A stretch of DNA of 34,909 nucleotides. Origin: Caldimonas sp. (GTDB taxonomy: Bacteria; Pseudomonadota; Gammaproteobacteria; Burkholderiales; Burkholderiaceae_C). This document shows positions 8,910 to 17,671 of the stretch, in pieces. The stretch's first letter is position 1. Each line of letters begins with the position of its first letter. The position numbers and the translations under genes were made by a program. The DNA lies in NCBI GenBank assembly GCA_039916285.1, contig JBDSLQ010000415.1:1-34909 (forward strand). Direction: 5' to 3'. Under the pieces are notes generated by a model, which was given only the letters and a program-made list of their open reading frames with translations, was not told where the DNA came from and ran no database searches.

Positions 8910-10291
8910 ATGCACAGCGCTGCGAACGCATTCTCGTCATCGAAGACGACGACGAGGTTCGCCAGGCACTCGAGATGCTGCTCACGTCTCGGGGCTACGC
9001 TGTCAGCGCTGCGGCCGGCACGCAAGAGGGCATCAGGCGTGCCGTCTCTTCGGAATTCGATCTGGTCATCACCGACCTGCGCTTGCAGGACGGCAGCGGC
9101 TTTGATGTGATCGCCGCCGTCAAGGACACGCAAAACAGCCCGCCTGTGATCGTGATGACCGGCTTCTCGTCGGTGGAGAGCGCCGTGCAGTCGCTGCGCG
9201 AAGGCGCCGTCGACTACATCATCAAGCCCTACGACAACGAGGAGTTCGCTTACGCCGTGGGCCGGGCGCTCGACGAGCGCAAGATGAGGCGCGAGAACGC
9301 TGCCCTGAAGCGCAATCTGCAAAAGGCCTACGCCGGCAACACCATCATCGGCGAGAGCGCCGCCATGAAGCGCGTGCTCGACCTCATTCGACGCGTCGCG
9401 CCGACCGATGCCACCGTGTTCATCCAAGGTGAAAGCGGCACCGGCAAGGAGCTCGTTGCCCAGGCCATCCACGCGCAGAGCGGCCGGGCCAACGGGGCAT
9501 TCGTGCCGGTCAATTGCGGCGCGATCCCGGCCGAGCTGGTCGAGTCAGAACTGTTCGGCCATGTCAAAGGCGCATTCACGGGCGCGACCGCCGCATCCGA
9601 GGGATTGATCGTCGAGGCGCACGGCGGAACCTTGTTCCTCGACGAGATCGGAGAGCTGCCTGTCGGTATGCAGGTCAAGCTGCTGCGCGCGTTGCAGGAA
9701 AAGGAGGTGCGGGCCATCGGCGGCAAGGAAACCCGCCGCGTCGATGTTCGCTTCGTCGCCGCCAGCAACAAGGACCTCAAGGAAGCCATGTCGCGCGGCG
9801 AGTTCCGCGAAGACCTGTTCTACCGCCTCAACGTCATCAAGATCGCGGTTCCGCCACTGCGCGAGCGCGAGGGCGACGTCAATCTGCTCGTCAAGCATTT
9901 CATCGATTACTACGCGAAGAAAATCGGCAAGCGCATTCGTCATCTCGATGCAAGCTTCACGAGCTTTCTGAAGACCTACCGGTGGCCCGGCAATGTGCGT
10001 GAGCTGCAGAACCTCATCGAGCGCGCGGCCATCTTGAGCGACTCCGACGTGCTTGCCTACGACGACATCGTCGATACGCCGCTTGCCGTCAGCCAGCCGC
10101 CGCTGATGGCCGACCTTCTAGAGCACCCGCTGCCGGTCGAGGAATACATCCGCAACATCGTCCTCAAGCATCAGGGCGCGCACAGCGAGATCGAGCTGGC
10201 CCGGATGCTCGGGATCGGCCGCAAGGCGTTGTGGGTGCGTCGGCGCAAGTGGGCATCAGCGCGCAACGCAGGCGTCGCCAGCGCCGGGTGA
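8910..10291 (+). CDS. Sigma54-dependent response regulator (REC-AAA+-HTH, NtrC family); start unresolved
   Basis: REC (ERILVIEDDD from 8924, DLVITDLRL, YIIKPY), Walker A GESGTGKE, ESELFGHVKGAFTGA, LFLDEIGE, FREDLFYRLNV, WPGNVRELQN, C-terminal HTH. The in-frame ATG at 8975 truncates REC; ATG 8910 is out of frame by one base. Confidence 0.88.
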
Positions 10292-10306
10292 CGGCGGTAC
10301 GAGCAC

Positions 10307-10342
10307 GTGTCGTCCTGAACCTGCTGCGTTTCGATCGGAAAC
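10307..10342. promoter_or_regulatory. Tandem enhancer (UAS) sites upstream of the panB-like operon
   Basis: GTGTC-GTCCT-GAACC (10307-10321) and GTTTC-GATCG-GAAAC (10328-10342), starts 21 bp apart. Confidence 0.7.
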
Positions 10343-10404
10343 CGTTCCCTCGCCGGCCGTCGCCGCGATCGCCGCTCTCTTTCCTTCAGGCGCAGGCTTG
10401 ATCT

Positions 10405-10420
10405 CGGCACGCGATTTGCG
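10405..10420 (+). promoter_or_regulatory. Sigma54 -24/-12 promoter of the panB-like operon
   Basis: CGGCACGCGATTTGCG: GG(10406)-N10-GC(10418). Confidence 0.8.
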
Positions 10421-10474
10421 TGACCGGACCGTCGTCGACTCGACGCCGTCCCCACAAACCTCAGGAGGCACCCC

Positions 10475-11356
10475 ATGGCCGAAGCACCTGCGTCCGCCGC
10501 AGCCGTAAAGCGCAAGAAGATGACGATCCCGATGCTCAACGAAAAGAAGAGAAAGAAGGAGCCGATCGTCCAGCTTGCAGTTTATGACTACGAGAACGCC
10601 ATCATTGCCGACCGTCTCGGCATCGATATCCTTTGTGTCAGCGATACCGGCGGCATGGTGCTGTTCGGCCATGAGGCGACGACCTCGGTGAGTTTCGAGG
10701 AAGTGATGTTCATGGCGCAGGCCGTCAAGCGCGGCTCGCAGTACGGGCTACGCATGGTCGACATGCCCTACATGAGCTTCCACCTTTCGGAGCAGCATGC
10801 CGTCGACAACGCAGCGCAGTACGTGGCCAAGGCCGGCGCCGAAGTGATGAAGTGCGAAGGCAACGTACACCACGCGAAGAACATCGAAGCGATCGTCAAG
10901 GCCGGTATTCCGGTGCAGGGCCATATCGGCATCTGCCCGATGCGCATGCCGCAACTCGGCGGCTTCGCGGCCCAGGGCAAGACCGCCCAGCGAGCGAAGG
11001 AACTGGTCGACGACGCCCGTGCGTTCGTCGAAGCAGGATGCTTTTCGATCATGACCGAAGTGGTGACGACCGAGGTTTCGCAATACCTGGCTGAAACCCT
11101 CGATGTCCCGGTGATCAGCCTCGGCTCGGGCAATACGTCGGACGGCGTGCACATCATCGGGTCGGATCTCTTCCACCTCTACGAGAAGCACACGCCGCGG
11201 CACTCCAAGATCTACGTCGACCTGGTGCCCATCATCGAGAAGGGCTACAACGAATACATCGACGACGTGAAGAACCGCCGCTATCCCGGCAAGGAACACA
11301 CGGTCTTCATGAAGGAAGACGAGCTCGAGAAGTTCCACAAGCTTGTCGGCAAGTAG
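10475..11356 (+). CDS. Divergent PanB-family (ketopantoate hydroxymethyltransferase-like) protein
   Basis: AVYDY, DILCVSDTGGMVLFG, VDMPYMSF, MKCEG, GIPVQGHIG, EAGCFSIMTEVV, ISLGSG, YIDDVKNRRYP; strong AGGAGG SD. Confidence 0.85.
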   Translation: MAEAPASAAAVKRKKMTIPMLNEKKRKKEPIVQLAVYDYENAIIADRLGIDILCVSDTGGMVLFGHEATTSVSFEEVMFMAQAVKRGSQYGLRMVDMPYMSFHLSEQHAVDNAAQYVAKAGAEVMKCEGNVHHAKNIEAIVKAGIPVQGHIGICPMRMPQLGGFAAQGKTAQRAKELVDDARAFVEAGCFSIMTEVVTTEVSQYLAETLDVPVISLGSGNTSDGVHIIGSDLFHLYEKHTPRHSKIYVDLVPIIEKGYNEYIDDVKNRRYPGKEHTVFMKEDELEKFHKLVGK

Positions 11357-11358
11357 CC

Positions 11359-11826
11359 ATGTCGCAGCTCGGCGCGCGGATCGCCGTTTCGCCGCCGGTT
11401 TCGGCGGTGATCGAGCAGGCGGCGTTCTTCGCGCCGCTCGCGCCGAGGCAGCGTGCCGGGATCGCAGATATCACCCGGCTGCGGACGTTTCCGTCGCACA
11501 GCGACATCTACGCCCTCGGCGACACCGCCGCACATTGCTATGTGCTGGTCGCTGGTGTCGTCAAGTTCCACTTGCCGGTCGGCGGCCGCACCGCAGCGGC
11601 CGGCGACATCATCCGGCGCGGTGAGCTGTTCGGTTGGGCCGCTCTCGTTCGTGGCTGTCAGCGGCGCATGGGTACTGCGTTCTGCGCCACCGAGTGCTGC
11701 GTCGCCGCGATCGACGGTGATGCCCTGCTTCAGCTGATGGACGCGGACCATTCGATGGGCTACGCGATCATGACCGGCGTCAGCCTCATCACGACCGGCA
11801 CGATCACGTCGCTCGTGACCGGCTGA
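11359..11826 (+). CDS. Stand-alone cyclic-nucleotide-binding-fold (Crp-like) domain protein, no HTH
   Basis: FFAPL...IYALGDTAAHCYVLVAGVV...RRGELFGWAALV...RRMGTAFCATECCVAAIDG; ends after the C-helix. Confidence 0.8.
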   Translation: MSQLGARIAVSPPVSAVIEQAAFFAPLAPRQRAGIADITRLRTFPSHSDIYALGDTAAHCYVLVAGVVKFHLPVGGRTAAAGDIIRRGELFGWAALVRGCQRRMGTAFCATECCVAAIDGDALLQLMDADHSMGYAIMTGVSLITTGTITSLVTG

Positions 11827-11902
11827 GCGGCATCGCTGCAGCGGCGTCTGGCCTTTCGCTCGGATGCCGGCCGAAGCGGCACGGCAACCACGAAGCAGAC
11901 CG

Positions 11903-12646
11903 ATGATCGCCGCGCTGGCCGCTGCTTCAGTCCTGGTCGGCTTGCTCATCGGCGCCGTCGGCATCGGCGGCATCCTCCTCGTTCCGGCGCTGGTGGCGCT
12001 GGGCGACATGGATATCCACACCGCCAGTGCGACGGCGCTCTTCACCTTCGCCTTCACCGGTGCGCTGAGCACATGGTTGTTCGCGCGGCGCGGCAGCATC
12101 GACATGCGCATGGCGCTCGTCGTGTGCGCCGGCGCTTTGCCGTTCAGCTTCCTCGGTGCCTGGGTCAACTCGCTGACGACAGGCGTCGTGCTGGCGCGCA
12201 TCATCGGCAGTGTCATCGTGTTCGCGGGAATCAACGTGTTGATGCCGCTTTGGCGGCCGCCGCAACGCTCGCGGACGGGCGCGCCAACGCTCCTGCTGCT
12301 CGGCGTCGGCGCAGCGGCTGGCTTCGGCTCGGGGCTGACCGGCGCCGGCGGGCCGCTTTTCTCCGTGCCGCTCATGCTGGCCCTGGGCTTCGATCCGCTG
12401 CTGTCGATCGGCGTCAGCCAGGTGCTGCAGGTGATTTCAGCCGCATCGGGGACCGCTGCGAACCTGCGCTACGGCAGCATCGATTTCGCCACGGCGCTGC
12501 TGATCGTGCCGTTCGAGCTGGCCGGCGTCGCGGCCGGCGTCGTCGTTGCGCACCGCGTCGACGTGAAGCAGCTGCGACGCATCGCGGCCTGGCTCTGCAT
12601 CGTTTCTGGAGCGGTGATCCTGATTCGCGCCGGCCATGGCGGGTGA
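11903..12646 (+). CDS. TauE/SafE-family sulfite exporter
   Basis: Duplicated Gly motifs GAVGIGGILLVP and GLTGAGGPLFSVP; about 8 TM segments. Alternative start at 11864. Confidence 0.85.
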   Translation: MIAALAAASVLVGLLIGAVGIGGILLVPALVALGDMDIHTASATALFTFAFTGALSTWLFARRGSIDMRMALVVCAGALPFSFLGAWVNSLTTGVVLARIIGSVIVFAGINVLMPLWRPPQRSRTGAPTLLLLGVGAAAGFGSGLTGAGGPLFSVPLMLALGFDPLLSIGVSQVLQVISAASGTAANLRYGSIDFATALLIVPFELAGVAAGVVVAHRVDVKQLRRIAAWLCIVSGAVILIRAGHGG

Positions 12647-13730
12647 CGCCGTGCCTGCCGCATCGCCGCAGGCGGCGACGCTCGGCACCTGGTTCGGCGA
12701 ACGAGGCCTGGCGCAGGCGGAGCTGCCGAGCGGCGGCTCGGTCTGCCTGCGCTTTTCGACCGCCGTCGAAGAGCACCTCGCAACGCGTCAGGGTGCGGGG
12801 ATCTTCGACTTCTCTTTCATGGGCTGGTGGGCCTTCGGAGGACCGCGAGCGCTGGACTGCCTGCAACAGTTGCAGACGCGAGACCTGCGCTGGATGCAAC
12901 CGGGGACGATCTGCTACACCTTGATCTGCCGGGACGACGGCAGCGTATTCGTCGACGCGACGGTCTGGCGCGTCGCTGCTGATCTTTTCTGGCTCTTCAC
13001 CGGCAGGCGCAGCGACGCGGCCTTGATACAGCGTCAGGCCTGCGCCCATGACATGGAGCTCGCGTTCATGTCCGACCGGCACGCCACCATCGCAGTGCAA
13101 GGCCCCTCGAGCGCCCGGCTGGTTGAGCAGGCACTGAACGAGCGCGTCACCGACCTGCCTTACTTCGGCTTTCGGCAGCAGCGGCTCGACGGCCAGCCGA
13201 TTTGGATTGCCAGGCTCGGCTACACGGGCGAGCTCGGCTACGAGCTGCTCGTGCCGTCCCACCATGCGGTCACGCTCTGGTCGCGGCTCGCCTCGACTCC
13301 CTTCGATGGCAAGCGTCGCGAGTGCGGCATGGAGGCGGCCGACGGCTTGCGCATCGAAGCCGGCTTCATCCACTTCGCCCATGAGCTGGCGCAGCCGGTA
13401 TGGCCGGCCGAGCTTGGCCTCGAACGACTGGTTCGATCCGAGCCCGACGGATTCATCGGTCAGCGGGCATTGGCGCAAGCAGCAGCCGCATCGCGGCGCC
13501 TGAAGGGCGTGCGCATCGTGCCGGGCCTCGACTGCCGCGCTCGACACGCGCGTACGTTCGGCCCGATTCGCCTGACCAGTGAAGCGCACTCGCCGCTGTT
13601 CGGGTGCACGCTCGGCCTTGCGCTGGTCGATCGACGCCACCATGCCGCAGACACGGTGCGGATCGAAGACGGCCGTGGCGGCGAGCTCGTCGATCTTCCC
13701 TTCCGTGCTCGACAAGCGCCTCGACCCTGA
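12636..13730 (+). CDS. GcvT/aminomethyltransferase-family folate-binding protein
   Basis: EEHLATRQGAGIFDFSFMG, IAVQGPSS, ARLGYTGELGYEL, CGMEAADGLRIEAGF, PAELGL; shortened C-terminal domain. Confidence 0.85.
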   Translation: MAGDAVPAASPQAATLGTWFGERGLAQAELPSGGSVCLRFSTAVEEHLATRQGAGIFDFSFMGWWAFGGPRALDCLQQLQTRDLRWMQPGTICYTLICRDDGSVFVDATVWRVAADLFWLFTGRRSDAALIQRQACAHDMELAFMSDRHATIAVQGPSSARLVEQALNERVTDLPYFGFRQQRLDGQPIWIARLGYTGELGYELLVPSHHAVTLWSRLASTPFDGKRRECGMEAADGLRIEAGFIHFAHELAQPVWPAELGLERLVRSEPDGFIGQRALAQAAAASRRLKGVRIVPGLDCRARHARTFGPIRLTSEAHSPLFGCTLGLALVDRRHHAADTVRIEDGRGGELVDLPFRARQAPRP

Positions 13731-13742
13731 CGGGCGCTCGGC

Positions 13743-15554
13743 CTACGGATTCGTAGCAGGCTGCGGGTCGGCGCGTGGTTCGCCATTCGGCAGCGCGATG
13801 TTGCACTGGCGAAAAATCCGCGTCTTGCAACGCCTGCAGACTTCGCTGTCGAGTCGGGGGTAAAGCTGATCGATGATGTTCGGACCCATGTTGAACAGGT
13901 TCTCCTCTCCCACTTGATCAATAGCGCCGCTGCGGCGCATCAACGAGACGATTTCGGGCTTGAGGCGATGGAAGTAGAGCCCGCCGTTCATTTCTCGCCT
14001 GCGGGTCGCCTCATCGGCGAGCAAGGTCATGCCTGCCGCGTCGACCAAGTTGATGCCGGGTGCCAGGATCAACAGGTGCTTGTGGGTCGGGTTGGTCGCG
14101 TCGATCTCCAGGAGACCCCGCTGCACATGATCGACAGCGCCGAAATAGAGTGGCCCGTCGATGAAGACCATTTTCAGCTGGCAGCATTCCGGCTGGTTTT
14201 CGCCCGGAACGAAGTGGTAGGCGTTCTGCCCGGGTGCCGGAACGGCAGACTGGATCGCTGGCCGCGACGTGCGATTGAGGAACAGCATGAGCGATAGCAT
14301 CACGCCCAGATAGATCGCGAATTGCAGATCGATCAGCAGCGTCGCGACGAATGTGACGGCGAGGACGGCGGTCTCGGCGCGACTGGTGCGGATGATCGAG
14401 CGGATCGCCGGCACGTCGATCAGCCCGTACGCCACCATGAGCAGGACGCCGGCCATCGCGGCAACGGGCAGATACGCTGCGAGCGGCGCCACGAAGAGAA
14501 CGATGGCGAGCAGGAAGCAGGCGGCGAACACCGCCGCCAGCGGCGTCTTGGCACCGACGTCGTAGTTGAGCCCGCTGCGCGTGAACGAACCGCTCGTTGC
14601 GTAAGCGGAGAACAGGCTCCCGAAGATGTTCGAGAGGCCCTGACCGATGAACTCCTGATTGCCGTCGATGCGCTGGTGCGACTTCGACGCCACGGCACGC
14701 GCAATCGACAGCGCTTCGGTAAGGCCGAGCAGGGCGACGGCCACGGCGCTCGGGCCGATCTTCTGGATCACGTCGAACGACAAATCGGGCGTCGACAGCG
14801 GCGGCAGCCCGGCCGCCAGGGCGCCGACGGTCTGGATCGCGGTGCGGGCGTTGCCGAAGAAGTGATCGAGTACCGCAGCGAATACGCTGGCGATCAGCAT
14901 CGCCGTGATCATGTAAGGCAGCCGCGGCGCGTAGCGCTTGATGAGCAGACCTGAGAGCAGCGTCACGACAGCGACAGCCGTGACGTAGCCGTTGACATTC
15001 GCGAGCTGACGGAAGAACTCGGCGATCGTGTCGGCGAATGAAGTGCCTTGGGTCAGGCGCAGCCCGAAAAAGTTCTGCAGCTGGCTGGTCGCGATCAGCA
15101 CCGCAGCCCCGGCGGTGAAGCCGATGACGACCGTATGCGAGACGAAGTTCACCAGGCTTCCCAGCCGCATGATCCCCATGATCAGCATGCAGGCGCCAGC
15201 CACGAACGTCAGCGCCAGTGCGAGCGCCACGTACTGCGGGCTGCCCGGAACGGCCAGCGGGCTCAACGTCGAGAAGACGACGATCGACACCGTCGCCGTC
15301 GGCCCAGAGACGAGATGCCAGGACGATCCGAAGAGCGCGGCGACGACCGCCGGAACCATCGCAGCGTAGATCCCGTATTGCACCGGCATCCCGGCGATGG
15401 TGGCGTAGGCGATCGCCTGCGGGAGCACGAGGATCGCCCCCGAAAGACCGGCGATCGCATCGAAGCGCAGGGTGCGCTTCGTCACGAGACGCCACCAGCG
15501 GGTGACGGGAAAGATTGCGCGTAGCGCTACGCTGGGGCCGGGAAACGCAGGCAC
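13743..15554 (-). CDS. SulP/SLC26 anion permease with STAS domain
   Basis: DAIAGLSGAILVLPQAIAYA, FGSSWHLVSGP, DGNQEFIGQGLSNI, SGSFTRS, STAS IDGPLYFGAV...INLVDAAG; GTG start. Confidence 0.92.
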   Translation of the reverse strand: MPAFPGPSVALRAIFPVTRWWRLVTKRTLRFDAIAGLSGAILVLPQAIAYATIAGMPVQYGIYAAMVPAVVAALFGSSWHLVSGPTATVSIVVFSTLSPLAVPGSPQYVALALALTFVAGACMLIMGIMRLGSLVNFVSHTVVIGFTAGAAVLIATSQLQNFFGLRLTQGTSFADTIAEFFRQLANVNGYVTAVAVVTLLSGLLIKRYAPRLPYMITAMLIASVFAAVLDHFFGNARTAIQTVGALAAGLPPLSTPDLSFDVIQKIGPSAVAVALLGLTEALSIARAVASKSHQRIDGNQEFIGQGLSNIFGSLFSAYATSGSFTRSGLNYDVGAKTPLAAVFAACFLLAIVLFVAPLAAYLPVAAMAGVLLMVAYGLIDVPAIRSIIRTSRAETAVLAVTFVATLLIDLQFAIYLGVMLSLMLFLNRTSRPAIQSAVPAPGQNAYHFVPGENQPECCQLKMVFIDGPLYFGAVDHVQRGLLEIDATNPTHKHLLILAPGINLVDAAGMTLLADEATRRREMNGGLYFHRLKPEIVSLMRRSGAIDQVGEENLFNMGPNIIDQLYPRLDSEVCRRCKTRIFRQCNIALPNGEPRADPQPATNP

Positions 15555-15623
15555 GACGGGAGGCAGGTCCAGCGCTTGACGCGATCGGGCTGGCGCGAGA
15601 TTGCGGTTGTCGCGCGGCCGCTT

Positions 15624-16514
15624 CTAGGCAGCGAGCGGCGGTGCCGTTCGTGCCTTGTGCCCGGCCGCAGCGAAGCGCTCGGCCGATTCGATCGTGTTGA
15701 CGAGCAGCATGGTCACCGTCATGGGCCCGACGCCCCCGGGAACCGGCGTGATGTACGAAGCTTTCTCGCGAATCGCCTCGAAATCGACGTCGCCCACCAG
15801 GCGGCCGTCGGCCAGGCGATTGATGCCGACGTCGATGACGACGGCGCCGGTCTTGACCATCTGCGCGGTGATGAGGTTGGGCTTGCCGGCGGCGACGACG
15901 AGGATGTCGGCGAGGATCGTGAACTGCGCCAGATCGCGTGTCTTGATGTGCGTGATGCAGACGGTCGCGTCCTTCTTCATCAGCATCATGGCCATCGGCT
16001 TGCCGACGATGTTGCTGGCGCCGACGACGACGACGTTCTGTCCCGAGATCGGGATGTTGCTGTACTCGAGCATGCACTGGACACCGAACGGCGTGCACGG
16101 CGGGAACACCGTGTCGCCGGCGACCAGGGCGCCGACGTTGTAGAGGTTGAAGCCGTCGACGTCCTTCTCGATGGCGATGGCTTCGAGCAGGCGGCGGCTC
16201 TCGAACTGCTTCGGCAGGGGCAGCTGCACGAGGATGCCGTGGATCGCCGGATCGAGGTTCAGCTTGGCGATCACGTCGAGCACTTCCTGCTCCGGCGCGT
16301 CTTCGGGAAATTCGTGCTTCTCGGAGTGGATGCCGATTTCGCTGCAGGCCTTGGTCTTGTGGCGCACGTAGACCTGCGATGCAGGGTTGGCGCCGACGAT
16401 GACGACGGCAAGGCCGGGGACGATGCCCTGCTCGCGCAGCGCCTCGACGCGGTGCTTCCATTCGGCACGAACGCGCCGGGCGATGTCGTTTCCGTCGATG
16501 ATCTTTGCAGTCAT
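15624..16514 (-). CDS. folD: Bifunctional methylene-THF dehydrogenase / methenyl-THF cyclohydrolase
   Basis: MTAKIIDG, PGLAVVIVG, HGILVQLPLP, KDVDGF, PCTPFG, IVGKP, VIDVGINR, TPVPGGVGPMT. Confidence 0.96.
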   Translation of the reverse strand: MTAKIIDGNDIARRVRAEWKHRVEALREQGIVPGLAVVIVGANPASQVYVRHKTKACSEIGIHSEKHEFPEDAPEQEVLDVIAKLNLDPAIHGILVQLPLPKQFESRRLLEAIAIEKDVDGFNLYNVGALVAGDTVFPPCTPFGVQCMLEYSNIPISGQNVVVVGASNIVGKPMAMMLMKKDATVCITHIKTRDLAQFTILADILVVAAGKPNLITAQMVKTGAVVIDVGINRLADGRLVGDVDFEAIREKASYITPVPGGVGPMTVTMLLVNTIESAERFAAAGHKARTAPPLAA

Positions 16515-16551
16515 GAGCTCTGGCTTTCAAGGTGCGTGGGCCAACGATGGG

Positions 16552-16755
16552 TCAGACGACACCCCGGACGATGAAGAGCACGATGCTGACGCCCATGAAC
16601 GCGTAGGCGAGCAGGTTCAGGCGGCGCACCCAGAACGGCGATGCGCTGCGCTGCAGCTGCAGAACCATCGCCGCGATCGACGCGGCGCCGCCTGCAAGGG
16701 CGAAGCCGATCGTCAGCTCGCGGGCGAGCAGCCACGACCATGCGCTCGAGTCCAT
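16552..16755 (-). CDS. Small hypothetical membrane protein (67 aa, two TM segments)
   Basis: Fills the gap between the ATPase and folD, co-oriented, SD-like GAGGCGGGG upstream, two hydrophobic stretches. Confidence 0.6.
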   Translation of the reverse strand: MDSSAWSWLLARELTIGFALAGGAASIAAMVLQLQRSASPFWVRRLNLLAYAFMGVSIVLFIVRGVV

Positions 16756-16767
16756 GACGTCCCCGCC

Positions 16768-17655
16768 TCATTGCGCCGGCGCCCGCAGGCGCTTCGAGTA
16801 GGCGTCGACGAAGTCGGCCGCCGCCTTGCTGCCGCCCGCGAACGACTTCATCGCCTCTTCGTGCAGCAGCGACAGGGCTTCCATCTTGACGGCATTGGCG
16901 CGGTCGTCGTCGACCATGTCGGCAAGGCGGCGCGGCCTCGGGATGTCGACCTCGACCACCGCGCGCACCCGGGTCGGCACGTTGGTCATGATGAGCAGGC
17001 GGTCGGCGAGAAAGATAGCCTCGTCGATGTCGGTGGTGACGAAGAAATTGGTTCGGCGCGACTCCTCGTAGAGTGCCGCGTAGTACTCCCACATCAGCTC
17101 CTTCGACATCGCGTCCAACCCGCGGAAGGGCTCGTCGAGGATCATGATCTGCGGGTTGTTGATCATCGCCCGGGCCAGCTCGGCGCGGCGCTGCATTCCG
17201 CCCGAGAGCTGGGTCGGGTACTTCTTGCGGAAGGCGCGCAGTCCCACCTTGTCGAGCAGGGTTTCGGCGAGTGCTCGCGCGTCTTTCGTGTCTTCACCGC
17301 GGGCGCGTGGGCCGTACATGATGTTGTCGTACGTCGTCATCCAGGGAAACAGCGCACTTTCCTGAAACACGACTAGCCGGTCCTTGCCGGGGCCGGTGAT
17401 CGGTTTGTCGTCGAGCGTGATCGTGCCGCGGGTCGGCTTCTCGAAACCGGCAAGCAGCCGGATCAGGGTGCTCTTGCCGCACCCCGACGGGCCGATCATC
17501 ACCGTGAGCTTGCCGCGTTCGATGGTGAACGAGCAGTCGTCGACCACCGACTTGGCGAAAGCGCCCTCGCCATACGACTTGTTGACGCCCGAGACCTTGA
17601 TCTCGCCGGCCCGGATTTTCGGTGCCGACGCAGCGGCCTGTGTGGAAGTGGCCAT
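16768..17655 (-). CDS. ABC ATP-binding subunit 2 (TauB/SsuB-like), His switch substituted
   Basis: GPSGCGKST, VFQESALFPW, LSGGMQRR, ILDEPF, FVTTDIDEA. Confidence 0.92.
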   Translation of the reverse strand: MATSTQAAASAPKIRAGEIKVSGVNKSYGEGAFAKSVVDDCSFTIERGKLTVMIGPSGCGKSTLIRLLAGFEKPTRGTITLDDKPITGPGKDRLVVFQESALFPWMTTYDNIMYGPRARGEDTKDARALAETLLDKVGLRAFRKKYPTQLSGGMQRRAELARAMINNPQIMILDEPFRGLDAMSKELMWEYYAALYEESRRTNFFVTTDIDEAIFLADRLLIMTNVPTRVRAVVEVDIPRPRRLADMVDDDRANAVKMEALSLLHEEAMKSFAGGSKAAADFVDAYSKRLRAPAQ

Positions 17656-17671
17656 GGAATTTGCCTTCGCC

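Noticed and set aside
14011-16530. 839-aa Arg-rich minus-strand ORF
   Set aside because: Alternative frame over folD and sulP, a typical GC-rich artefact.
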